64,000 bases of DNA from Octopus bimaculoides. Lineage: Eukaryota. Under the pieces are notes generated by a model. That model did not search any database and was not told the DNA's origin. It worked only from the letters and a program-made list of their open reading frames with translations. Location: assembly GCF_001194135.2 (NCBI RefSeq), contig NC_069006.1, positions 6,152,947 to 6,216,946 on the forward strand, read 5' to 3'. Within the stretch, counting starts at the first letter, position 1. Each line of letters begins with the position of its first letter. Made by a program: the position numbers and the translations under genes. This document shows, in pieces, positions 52,375-64,000 of this stretch.

Positions 52375-52880
52375 GTAATAATAATAATAATAATCGTACT
52401 TAGTAAAAAGGAAAGTGAGTGCTATTTAGTTGATGTTTGCCTGTTTGATACAAGAGTGGGTAGGCACAGAATGAAAGACAGCAAAAATATGAGGACCTCA
52501 AATATAAACTTTAAAGAAACAGGTTTTTCGTTTTGCTTTGTTTTACATTTTTTAGTCTGGAGGAAGGGGCAATTGCTCAAGTCCTTTGTAGGCTCTTTGT
52601 GGCTGGTGGTATGTTTGAGGTTGGGAATTTTCTGTTAAACTGTTGTGGGTCAACACTTGCAGGAAAGACATGAGCAAAGAGAGAAAGAGAGAGAGAGAGT
52701 TCCAGGGGGATGATGTAGGGAGAAAGGACTGTTAGTCCTTAATAATAGTTAGTGTAGAGCTGGGAAGGGATTGAATGCAGCAAGAGAGATGAGAGATGGA
52801 GAGATGAGTGGGTCACAAGTAGCTCAGGGGTGGGGTTACAAGACCAGCCAACAGTGAGGAACAGAGATTGTTATAGAATT

Positions 52881-53112
52881 GGCGGTGAGCTGGCAGAACC
52901 GTTAGCACGCCAGGCGAAATGCTTAGCGGTATTTCGTCTGCCGTTACATCCTTAGTTCAAATTCTGCCGAGGTTGACTTTGCCTTTCATCGTTTCGGGGG
53001 TCGATAAATTAAGTACCAGTTATGCACTGGGGTCGATGTAATCGACTTAATCCCTTTGTCTGTCCTTGTTTGTCCCCTCTGTGTTTAGTCCCTTGTGGGC
53101 AATAAAGCAATA
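52881..53112 (+). mobile_element. SINE family A (tRNA-derived), young full-length copy with AATAAA-type tail and 16-bp TSD
   Basis: Head GGCGGTGAGCTGGCAGAACCG (A-box-like), TAGTTCAAATTC (B-box-like), core GCCTTTCATCGTTTCGGGGGTCGATAAATTAAGTACCAG. TSD AGAGATTGTTATAGAA at 52863-52878 and 53113-53128. CpGs retained. Confidence 0.9.
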
Positions 53113-53209
53113 AGAGATTGTTATAGAAGCAATAGAAAAGACAGAGAGAAGCGACAACAGTTGAAGCATGTTTGTAAGTAATTGAATAAAAATTAGTCAA
53201 GTGGCCCAT

Positions 53210-53400
53210 GGAGGCACATGGCTCAGTGGTTAAGGTGTTGGGCTCATGATTGTAAGTAAGATTGTGGTTTCAATTCCTGGACCATGCAATGTGTTGTATT
53301 CTTGAGCAAAACACTTTATTTCATGTTACTATAGTCTGCTAAGCTAGCAAAATGAGTAATAACCCTGTGATGGACTGGTGAATATATATGCCACAGAAAC
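53210..53400 (+). mobile_element. SINE family C-type, 5' portion
   Basis: GGAGGCACATGGCTCAGTGGTTAAGG A-box, GGTTTCAATTCC B-box, TTCTTGAGCAAAACACTTTATTTCA core. Confidence 0.75.
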
Positions 53401-53500
53401 TGGGAAACTGACTTTATGAACCCTTATGACCCAGGAAGGGTCTATTTCTCTTTTATCTTTATCAGACAAGTAACTCCTTTTTGGATGCAACCCATAATAT

Positions 53501-53538
<38 letters not shown>

Positions 53539-54023
53539 AATAGGAATCTTAGGAACAGTTGTGAGAAGTTTGAATGGTTGGAGGACGTTGAGTATTTGAG
53601 ATGAGTTTGCTGACTCTATAAAAAGCTTGGACAGCAGGGACTTTAGGGAAAGTTGCTGGATACTTAAAGTTGTGAAATGCTCTGATAGCTAGGGATCCAA
53701 TACTGACAAAACAACAACAACAACAACAATAATAATAATCATTCTTTCTTCTATAAACTCAAAGCCAGCAATTGTGAGAGGAAGGGGTAACTCAGTTACA
53801 TCAACCCCCAGTACTCAAATGATACTTTATTTTATTGATCCCGAAAGGTTGAAATACAAAGATGACATCGGGGTGGGGTGGGGGGTGAATTAAGAACATA
53901 AAATGCTGAAAGGCATTTCGTCTGCTTCCCCAATGAGTTTGCCTGCTGGCTGCCTTAATAAACATTACAGGAGAATCCTCAATCTCTTTTAAGACCAAAG
54001 GTAAGCAAAGTTAGCTGTAGCAA

Positions 54024-54092
<69 letters not shown>

Positions 54093-54536
54093 CAAACACA
54101 CAGGTTTTCCCCCATGGTAATAATTTCCTGAGACTATCAGTTTCTGCTGAAATAATTTTAACCTATTACTTAACATGTCGTAAACAACAGCTAAATGATA
54201 TGAATATCAAAAACCTCAGTTTTAATAGAAAAATATCACACACACACATACACTTGGATATACATATATATATANNNNNNNNNNNNNNNNNNNNNNNNNN
54301 NNNNNNNNNNNNNNNNNNNNNNNNNNNNNNNNNNNNNNNNNNNNNNNNNNNNNNNNNNNNNNNNNNNNNNNNNNNNNNNNNNNNNNNNNNNNNNNNNNNN
54401 NNNNNNNNNNNNNNNNNNNNNNNNNNNNNNNNNNNNNNNNNNNNNNNNNNNNNNNNNNNNNNNNNNNNNNNNNNNNNNNNNNNNNNNNNNNNNNNNNNNN
54501 NNNNNNNNNNNNNNNNNNNNNNNNNNNNNNNNNNNN

Positions 54537-54587
<51 letters not shown>

Positions 54588-55784
54588 CAGACAGTCATAG
54601 GTAGTGATCATGAAACTGCTTGTTGATGTGTTATATGGCTGTAAAGCTATTTTCAGATTAATTCTCTTTTAACTTTCCAGAAAAATAACACACACACACA
54701 CACACACACAGCCTAACAAAAACTGATGACCAAAACAAACATCAAACAACCTAAAAACATTAAAAAAATACTGGTCTAAGTTTCCAATTACATCTTTAGT
54801 AGATACAAGAAAAAATATCAAAAAAAAAAAAAAAGAAAAAAAATTGAAAGCGTAATAATCCGTAAGTCCATTTTGGGTTTATTTTGATATTTTGTGTGTT
54901 TATTGAGAGAGAAAGTCTGTAACAAACTGACCAGTAGTAAACTGCCCACCTGTTTATCTTTCCCAACTAATCCGACTGTAATGAACATAGATTTATAAGA
55001 GTCGAACATGATGGATTCTTCAAGGATTTATTTCTGTTTTATGTTGTTGATGTTGTTGCTGCTGTCGACAACATCTGTTAACAACTATTGCATGATGTCA
55101 AGACAAGGATATACAGACAGACATACATGCATGCACACACACACACACACACATACACACACAGAGTAGAAATGCTTCTTTCAGTTTCCATTTTCCAAAT
55201 TTATCAACAAAGCCGAGTCAACAGAGAGAAGTTCCAACTAAATGATACCTCTCATGTACAAGTCTCTGCTATCCAAGAGACTTAACAGTATCAGCAGAAG
55301 GGTACCCTGGAGCCATGACCTGGGTGTGGCCTGGCCCCCTTACAGTGTAAGAAGTTAAGGGCCAAAACACTTGCCTGAGAGATAAGGTTTCTTTTCTGAA
55401 GACCTGCTGCTGTTCAGTTCTCTTGAGAGTTTCTTACTACTGTAGTAGTAGTAGTAGTAGTATGGCAGCATGTGCTGCATTCACCATTTGCTGATCATTC
55501 CTTACCACTCTTGGTGAATGACACCTTTTCACCCTTCAGGTGACAACTGTCCAACCCATGGGTCTGCTTGGGTAGTCATTGCTGGTGAGGGTTTTATGTG
55601 GTCAGAGAGCAAGTCCTACCTCAATCTCTTTTAGTCACTTTTTTATGACATGCAGAGTAAACACTGGGTCTATTCTTCACACAACACATTGCATAAAAAA
55701 CATTCAATGAGCTGTGCAGTGGGATTGAACCTGAATTAAACTTGGGAATTAAACTTCTTAACCATGCTTCTACTTATTTTGCTT

Positions 55785-56004
55785 TGCTTTTTAGCCTTTA
55801 AACTGGCCATATCAGACCCAAATATTTCACCTAGTCTATGTTCAAACTGGCCAGATCCAACTTCTCACACCCACCCTACAATCTCATTCTAAAAATTAAC
55901 AATCACATCATCAAAATCTGAAAGCTACATGATAATGCAAGATTAATTCAGTTCAGTGAATGAATAAGCATTACATTTGACAAGAAAATCTGAATGCTAA
56001 ACAG
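55785..56004. mobile_element. piggyBac-type MITE (family P), copy 4
   Basis: Same internal sequence (CACCCTACAATCTCATTC...CATTACATTTGAC...TCTGAATGCTAAACAG) followed by TTAA; left end decayed. Confidence 0.7.
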
Positions 56005-56841
56005 TTAATCTATCAAGTAGATAACAATGGAGAAACAGAGCCGGATACTAAAGGCTATTAGTAATGAGTGTGGCTGATCAGCTTCACAATATCTCAAGAA
56101 AAAGAACTATCAACTACAAACAATAATAGTTGGACACAAAAAAGAAGGCAAGCAAACAAAAAACAAAACAAATACATTTTAATAGTGAGAAATGTAATGG
56201 TTTTTTTAGTGAACAACTAATTTCAGAAACCAACATCTCACCTCAGCATTAACGTGGTTAATTATCACACTTAGAAGTGCATTGGTTAATTGCTCCCTTC
56301 TGAGAATCTAATCAGTTTTTCCCCAATTTTTTTTTTTTTGGCTTTGGTGAGTTTTTTTATTACCTATTTTTCCTTTCATTGACAAATCTCTAAAGAAACA
56401 AAGATTAGTCGAAAACAAATAATAATAATAATAATAACAAGGATGATGATAACAACAATAATAATCTAATTTGATTTCAATGAAGACATAGATGCTCAAC
56501 ACTGTTTAAATTAGCTCAGTCATGAATCATTAATCTCCTAAACTACTTCTGTTTTCTCAGTCATTGTAAACTTTTATCAAATTAAAATCAGATTATTTCA
56601 CAAGCTACTGCATAGAATCTAAGCTAGAATTTTCTCTACATATATCTGTTAAGAAAATATTTTTAATAAATTAAAACTAAAATGACCATTGGCTCAAAAT
56701 AGTCAAAGAATTGGTGTTATATTATGTTAAATAATTAATTGCTCATAGTAATTCAACTCTGAGTCTTGTATCATTGGAAGAAAACTAACTGAATAGGAAC
56801 ACAAATCAGAATTTGGGGAAAATAGCAACACAACACCTGTT

Positions 56842-57395
56842 ATCATCATCATCATTTAACGTCTGTTGTCCATGCTGGCATGGGTTGGATGGTTTGACTG
56901 GGCTGGTATGCTGGAAGGCTGTACCAGACTCCAGTCTGAATTGGAATGGTTTTCTATTGCTGGATGCTCTTCCTAATGCCAACCACTCTGAGAGTATAAT
57001 GGGTACTTTTATGTGCCACCAGCATGGGTGCCATTTGTGTGACACTGGGGTGTGTTTACATGCCACTGGCATGGGTGCCAATTTGCATGACACTGATATC
57101 TACCATGACTGTGATTTTGCTCAGGTTAATGGGTCTTCTTCTCAAGCATGACATAATGCCAAAGGCCTTGGTCATTGCCTCCATGAAGCCCAACACTTGA
57201 AAGGTACTCGGCCACTTTGCCTACACGAGGCCTAATACTCAAAAGGAACTCAGTCATTTTGTCTTCATGAGGCCCAACGCTTGAAAGGAGCTCAACCACT
57301 TAGCCTTCATGAGGCCCAACATTCAAAAGATGTTCTTTATGTGCCACCAGCATGGGTGCACTTGGCTTGACGGGTCCTCTCATCACCAAAAACAT
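56842..57395 (-). mobile_element. Long family-D copy with an internal array of about 41-bp units
   Basis: Family-D tail and core plus about 3.5 units of CATGAGGCCCAACACTTGAAAGGAACTCAGCCACTTTGCCT at about 57177-57330. Confidence 0.75.
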
Positions 57396-57936
57396 CATTA
57401 GTGTTTGAGAATTGCAGTCTTGAGTAATATGCTTTCTAATTTAGGTAGAGGACCAGCATTATTAGGGGAAAGTGGTTTAGTTGATAACCTTAGTCTCAAA
57501 TTTTGGCACAAGACCAGTATGCTCAGAAAAAGGTGTAAGTCAAATACATCAACCCTAGTGATCAACTGGTACTTATTTTTATCAACCCTGAAAGGATGAA
57601 AGGCAAAGTTGACCTCAACTGAATTTGAAATCAGAATGTAAAGAATTAGAATATGGCAAACCATTCTGCTAATCCACTACTCTTCAGTCAATAATAATAG
57701 AAATAATATGTATATTAGATTAATTATATATATATATCATATTAATTATATATGCATTGCAAGTCCATACAAAGTGATTTTGTCAACACAGTATCCTGTG
57801 TTCTCACACAAGCTCCACTTGTAATGGAAAATAGATATTACCTTTTGGTATTATAAGGCTTCTGTCACTATTAATAATATATTAGAGTGATTATATATTA
57901 GACTAATTGCATATTATAGTAATAGAATTAATAAAA

Positions 57937-58245
57937 GAGGTAGTGAGGGTTGACAGAGAGTTGGACAAAATGCCTTGTGGTATTTCTTCCAGGTCTTTCC
58001 AATCTGAGTTCAAATCTTGCTGAAATCAACTTTTCCTTTTGGCTATCCGGGGTCAATAAAATAAAGTACCAGTTTCATATTGGGGGTCAGGAGGTGGTGA
58101 GGATTGACAGAGTGTTGGACAAAATGCCTCATGGTATTTCTTCCAGATCTTTCCAATCTGAGTTCAAATCTTGCTGAAGTCAACTTTTCCTTTCGGGCTA
58201 TCCAGGGCCAATAAAATAAAGTACCAGTTCTATATTGGGAGTCAA
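57937..58245 (+). repeat. 154-bp tandem duplication of a decayed SINE-A
   Basis: 57937-58090 is repeated at 58091-58245 and both share idiosyncratic sequence (TTTCCAATCTGAGTTCAAATCTTGCTGAA, TTTTCCTTT(T/C)GG(G)CTATCC). Confidence 0.9.
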
Positions 58246-58710
58246 TATAATCAATCATTTCATGCTCCAAATTTGGTTCATTCTTTTACTTTAGTTAAGG
58301 ATATTTTCGTTGATTTGATTTTGTTATTGTTTAATAAGATTAGAATGTTTCAGAGGTTTACAATTTTTCTATTCTGACTAATTCCATATTTGGTGTTGTG
58401 CCTATGTTAGAAACATTATTAACAGAAATAAGATTCATTGTTTAAGAACCCCATAAATAGATTTTTGCAGGAGTTGGTAGGTTTGATGTGCCAATGAATT
58501 GACTACAAACAAACACAAAGCGAATCTCTGGATGTCAGCCACTTAATCATCACTAATAAGGAATATAGAAATATCAGTAGCTAAGTCATCCCTCACTTGC
58601 TGAATGAGGTACATACTACCTCAACCTACTGGCTTGTACCACACTTTCACATAATGTTTTAGGTGCCTGTATCATCCTGAACAGCCATCTCATCCTTGAT
58701 CCAGTTGGAA

Positions 58711-58744
<34 letters not shown>

Positions 58745-59177
58745 GGGGGGTGTGTGTTGCACTAGCATATAACTGGTACTCATTTTCAGTCTGAAGCAAT
58801 GTGACATGGTGTGCCTTGCTCAAGAATACAATGCACTGCCCAGTCAAGAAACTGAACCTATGATAATGTACTCAAACACCCAACACCCTAACCACTAGGC
58901 CATACACATTCACATTGAGGTCTGTAGATTCTTCAGAATAATACAGACAGAGAAGGCTCTAAAGTTAAATTCTGAATTGAAGCTTTGAACCTGTTGGATG
59001 TTTTGCAGTAATTCAACAACATTTCAAAATTTCAAGAACTCATAGAGAAATAATTAACTAAGAATGCATTAATCACTTTTCTGCTAGAAACTATCTATTA
59101 ATTAGAAGAGAGTTGATGGGTGTGGGTATGGGTGCAGGCATGGCTGTGCGGTTGAGAAGCTTGCTTAGCCTGACGTA

Positions 59178-59228
<51 letters not shown>

Positions 59229-60873
59229 ATCTCTCGCCACCCTGTTATATTTTGAGATGCTCTACAGGTGTTTTATAGATAGGGAGTTGGACATTGTTAA
59301 CCAGTGTTATATTGCTGGAAAGGATGAACACCTCAAGTTCACAGATAGAATCTGATTTTGTCCATGTAATAATAACATAGCTAAAAGTGTTGGACATTGT
59401 TAACCAGGATATGAACGGTGGTCTCCAGGGATGTAATGGGTGGAGGAGTGTCTGCTATGTGGTTCCTCATGCTACCACAGAACTCAGACATTGAGATGCG
59501 ATGTTCATTGTGGTATCCCTACATTTACGGATGAGGTTACCTGGATAGCAGTCTAGTTGGTCCTCACTTGTTTGATATGAATCTGTTCCTACCAGCTAAG
59601 ATGTTCCACCCTTCATCACTGCCTGACAACCAATGTTGGTTTATTTACATTCCCAGAACTTAATGGTTTGGCAAAGAGACCAATAGAATAGGCACCAGGC
59701 TTACACCCCACCCCACAGTCCAGTGACTGAAACAAGTAAAAGATAAAGATAGTTGCTGCAAATAAGCATTAAACATGGCACTAATAACATCGTTTGAATT
59801 TAATCTGGGCTGTGAATGAATTGATTCACTGCTGGGAGGTTCTGTTGCAAACACTTGAAGTGATGACGGGTGGGAGGAAAATGGTTGGAAGAGGGTATTG
59901 AGACAAAATACTTAAGTAAAGTAGTCTTTGTTGCCTTAGTGGAAATACGCATCAGCTGATCTGAGTTCGCCTAAAATAAACAATTGTCTTCATTTCACAA
60001 AGGTTTATCTCCTAACATCATAACAACAGCACAAAGAGGAATAATAAATAATATCAGTGTTATTGCTGAAATTCAAGCTCATAATAGGAACACCCAAATA
60101 CACTCCCCATACACACATATTTACACATATATACAAACACATGTGTGTGTGTGTGTGTGTGTGTGTGTTGGAATCTATGTAAGGTAAAGAAGATTATAGA
60201 GCAGGAGAGCTAAATTTTGAAGCAGTCAAACTTACAGACGACTGCATTCATTATTGTATGAAGAATAAAAAGAGATAAAACCCCCCGAATGGTTTAAATG
60301 ACATTCAATGTTTTCAGAGAAGCCACCATATTCCAGTGATGTCAAAACTAGTGAAACAAGAAATTTCCTACTCCCCCTCACTACCCACCTACCCTCCATC
60401 AATAAATATTTCCAAATATGGTTACAAACTTCAGCGGTTACTGCAGAGAGGAGTTTCAGCTGTATGGAGAATAGAATGTGTCTAGTAACATCAAATCAAA
60501 ACACCAAAATAATATAATAAAATTAAGAGCACCAGAAGCTGGTCTGAAATTGCACCAATTGTGAGGCACAGTTCTCTGATAAACAACTGGGAAAGTATTG
60601 TGTACTCTTGTTAGTATATCTATATAAGCAACACATGTCAATGAGCTAAATAGGGACCACAACTACAAATAAGAGCCTGTAATATATTGGAATAAAAGCC
60701 CTTTGGATGAAATAAGAAAAAAAAGGGAGTGGGCTTGATGGCTATTCATGAGATTTCAACCACACATCTTCAGTAACTTAGATAGGTTTTGGCCATTATC
60801 AGTCCAGGCCATGACTGACTCAATAGCACCACATAGAGAAGTTTTTTAGTTAATTATTTCAGTTCATCATGGA

Positions 60874-61056
60874 CTACTCAAGCAGAGAGTTGTTGTTGTT
60901 GGTTGAGATATATCCAGGTGTAGGTGGTTTATCTGGTAATTCCTGGAGGAATTTGTCCAGGTACCGTTTGAAAGTTGTGGGGTCTTTTTCTACTTTAATT
61001 TCTTTTGGGATAATATTGAAAAGAGCAGGACCATTTGCAATGAAGAAATTGTGTCA
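60874..61056 (-). mobile_element. CR1/L2-group LINE ORF2 C-terminal fragment
   Basis: Reads HNFFIANGPALFNIIPKEIKVEKDPTTFKRYLDKFLQELPDKPPTPGYISTNNNNSLLE*, matching the GPxLFNxLP...FKxxLDKFL..IPDQP...NSL end motif of invertebrate CR1-group LINEs. Confidence 0.75.
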
Positions 61057-62140
61057 CAGTGTTCTTATGTGATCTTGACCTTTGTAGGGGATGCATGGCA
61101 CAGGGGCCTAGTCTTTTTTTGTGTTGCAGTGTTCTTATGTGATATGATCTTGACCTTATAGCCAATATATGGTTTTCAAATTTTGGCACAAGGCTAGAAA
61201 TTTCAGGGGAGGGTTAAGAGTTGATTACATCAGCCCCAGTGGTCAACCAGTACTTATTTTATCGACCCCAAAGATATGACAGGCAAAGCTGACCTTGGCA
61301 GAATTTGAACTAAAAATGTAAAGACAGACAAAATGCTGCAAACTTTTATTTATAGCTGTTTTCACTCCCAGGTGCAGTGTTAAATGCTTTATTTCTCAAT
61401 GTCTCTACAACTGTATTCTAAATGTAAACTAGATATTCTATTTATGTAACAACTACTTCCACCATTAATTAACACAAACTCTCAACAATATCTAACTTAG
61501 CAGCTCAAAAGTTCAACAATTCCATTTTATTAAGGCTTAATTCCTTAATTTCAAATTCAAATTTTTAATCTTATATTGGGGCCTGATGTAGCCTCCTGGC
61601 TTCCCAGACCCCAGTCGAACCGTCCAACCCATACCAGCATGGAAAACGGACGTTAAAGGATGATGATGATGATCTTGTATTGTGAGGAGATGGTTATCTC
61701 CATTACAATAACAGCCACAACCAGAGGGCACTACATATGTTTAAGGTAAATAATGAATATATATTGACTCGACATAAAAAAGTAATTCAGGTGAAAAAGT
61801 GAATATATCATATTTAATAACCAGACTTGCTTTTTGGACTGGGCTGAAGGCCACTCCCTTTATATTGTTACTTCTGTATGCATGAAGGAGCACATTTAAT
61901 GAGGTAACAAACATGGGAAGTTGTAGCATTCAACACATGTGGCAGCTGAGATTGACTTCATTTACAAATGATGTATACTTTCTTCTGAAACAATACTTTT
62001 TAATTGGCTGCTATCATTAGAGCAACATGTGTAAACACACACTCACACATACACACACTCGTGTACACTCCCACACATGCATGTGTACACTCACACACAC
62101 TCTCACATCATGCACATTCATACAGACATACATCACACAT

Positions 62141-62528
62141 GGATCAGAGTGTGATAGGGAGTTTGCTTCCCAACCACATGGTTCCAGGTTCAGACCCACT
62201 GCATGGCACCTTGGGCAAGTGTCTTCTGCTATAGCCTCAGGTCAACCAAAACCTTATGTGTGGGTTTGGTAGATGGAAACTGTGTACTTGTGTGTGTGTT
62301 TGTGTACATGTGTGCCTGTGTTTGTCCCTTTCCATTGCTTAACAACTGATGTTGGTGTGTTTATGTACGTGTAACTTAGTGGTTCAGCAAAAGCGACCGA
62401 TAGAATAAGTGCCAGGATTAAAAAGGGGTAAAAGACACTAAGTACTGGGGGTCAATTCATTCAACTAAAATTCTTCAAGGCAGTGCCCCAGCATGACCAC
62501 AGTCTAACGAGACTGAAACAAGTAAAAG
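62141..62528 (+). mobile_element. SINE family B
   Basis: TTTGCTTCCCAACCACATGGTTCCAGGTTCAGACCCACTGCATGGCACCTTGGGCAAGTGTCTTC...CCCAGCATGACCACAGTC. Confidence 0.85.
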
Positions 62529-63611
62529 GTAGAAAATATGCATATGTTGCTGGAATGGATCAACACCTCAAGTTCACAGACAGAATCTGATTTTTTATCC
62601 ATGTAATAGTAGCATAGCTAAAAGCAGCCCAACTGGGAATTGAAACAGGGTTGTGGGCATGAATTTGTCTGGAACTCACACAACACCACAGAGTATGTCA
62701 AGTAACTTACAATACAACTTTCTTTTCTCTGTTGCTATTGCATTAATTCAAATTATTACCGTGACTAATAACCACGGCAGAAATTAGCAACAACGTCAAC
62801 AACTGCAGGTTTGAACATTTGATACCATCTTCAGCGATTTCTATTGTCAGCTTCAGCTCACCCCAAAGCGGTTGAGCTCTGTTGCATAATTTTCCCTGTC
62901 AACTGTGATCTAGCTTCATTATCTACACCTACCTTCTCTCATTAGCCATATTATACTTCGACTCAATCTGCATGTCTTTAGGTGGAGTCATTTCTAATGC
63001 ATCTGTGATTTTAGAATACCAGAGCAGAATCTATCTTTAGACTGAGACAACCAGTCTGGTAATACATACAAATATATACATGTGTATGTGTATTTACATA
63101 TATAATAGGTTCATATTAGTATATACATATATATATATATATAAAAACACATATGCATATATGTATATAATACCAGAAATACACAGACACACACATATAC
63201 ACACACATTTGTGTCTGTTTCCGTAATGATGGCAACCAATTATAAATTACTATTTTGAAGAAAATATTTGTAAATGCAAGCAATTGCAACTGCTGCATGC
63301 ATTGCATAATAATTGCAAAGATGTCACCCACTGCAAGGATAAATGTACAGATGACAAATGCTGGCTGATGCAACCAATACTGTGCAATAAAGAGAGGGAG
63401 GAAGCAGCTATAAGTCAGCCATGATTTTTTCACAGATATTCAGATAATTCGAGTATGGTGAGATGTCTAGACACTTCCAATAACAACCACAAACCGGAGT
63501 TAGAATAGAAACTGTTCTGGAAAGAAAGAGATCTACTTTCTTGGCTTACAATTGTGGTGGGAGTCAGTAGTGGGGGGTGGAGTTGTCAATATGGAAAAGA
63601 TTGGTCCAGTG

Positions 63612-63652
<41 letters not shown>

Positions 63653-63657
63653 GGAGT

Positions 63658-63701
<44 letters not shown>

Positions 63702-63779
63702 AAAAGAAAACAAGCTTCAGAATGTGTTTGTGTATGTCTCTACAACTCTGTATATGAATATACATATGTGAATGAATGA

Positions 63780-63811
<32 letters not shown>

Positions 63812-64000
63812 CGTATGTGTATTTCATGTGCAAGATTCTTGATGTGGATACGTGTGTTGAAAGAAATACAATTAAACCTTGGGAGAGGCATTATGCCGGT
63901 AATAAACACACGCACTGGTTCAGTCCTTTATTAATTTATATAGTGTTTTGTTAAATTATTTCATTGCATTATTTTTATATTATATTGCAAGAGTGCAATG

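Larger units (their letters stand above)
1..64000. repeat. Pervasive (TA)n, (CA/TG)n, (AAT/ATT)n, (GAT/CAT)n, (GA)n and (GGT)n microsatellites; many N gaps abut them
   Basis: Directly visible; nearly every N run is bordered by a dinucleotide or other simple repeat, typical of short-read assembly breaks. Confidence 0.98.
6629..64000 (-). other. CAMTA: Probable very large CAMTA intron upstream of the CG-1 exon
   Basis: No minus-strand match to the expected upstream exon (C-x-YGCYVHS...TFHRRCYWLLQ) or earlier CG-1 exons was found by eye. The region is repeats and gaps. An exon hidden in a gap cannot be excluded. Confidence 0.6.

Noticed and set aside
52545-52590. CTGGAGGAAGGGGCAATTGCTCAAGTCC, loosely like a Penelope hammerhead end
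   Set aside because: Both core words (CUGANGA and GAAA) are broken; too degenerate to claim.
52881-52975. tRNA-like A/B boxes as tRNA genes
   Set aside because: They are SINE heads followed by core, tail and TSD; no complete cloverleaf could be formed.
62700-63060. Non-repetitive segment with minus-strand donor-like sites (ATT/gtaagt, AAG/gtaggt) as an alternative first exon
   Set aside because: No ATG-initiated frame ends in phase 0 at either donor, and no promoter features can be supported from sequence alone.
63425-63514. Strong minus-strand acceptor (ctctttctttccag) followed by ..CGCYWKC.., reminiscent of the missing CG-1 exon
   Set aside because: It lacks the HS..PTFHRR context, the frame hits a stop with no donor, and the phase does not fit. 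It could be an untranslated exon, but I cannot support that.
260-63954. The many track ORFs rich in CV, HT, YI, I, N, H or X runs
   Set aside because: They are translations of (TG)n, (CA)n, (TA)n, (ATT)n and (CAT)n microsatellites and N gaps, or of SINE sequence; none shows protein-like complexity.

Overview
AT-rich, microsatellite-dense animal genomic DNA with many scaffold gaps. The repeat families suggest a coleoid cephalopod, most likely Octopus (inferred from memory of its repeats, not from a search). The only host coding sequence I can support is one 139-nt minus-strand exon (6490-6628) of a calmodulin-binding transcription activator (CAMTA), encoding the end of the CG-1 DNA-binding domain. 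I could not find the preceding CG-1 exon in the 57 kb upstream, so most of the window is probably one very large CAMTA intron. That intron holds several tRNA-derived SINE families, piggyBac-, hAT- and mariner-derived MITEs, and decayed 3' ends of RTE, CR1-like, L1/Tx1-like and R4/Dong-like LINEs. Almost all ORFs in the supplied track are microsatellite or gap artefacts. Leads worth testing: inverted MITEs bracketing the CAMTA exon, two frame-preserving microexon candidates, a possible CG-1-only terminal exon, a pre-miRNA-like hairpin, a cluster of long palindromes (including a mariner element made of two 5' ends), an apparent templated insertion, and SINE tail-swapping with strand-biased nesting. 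I found no prokaryote-type system such as CRISPR or an operon. All functional proposals are hypotheses, and repeat boundaries were read by eye (about +/-10-20 bp unless a TSD is quoted).
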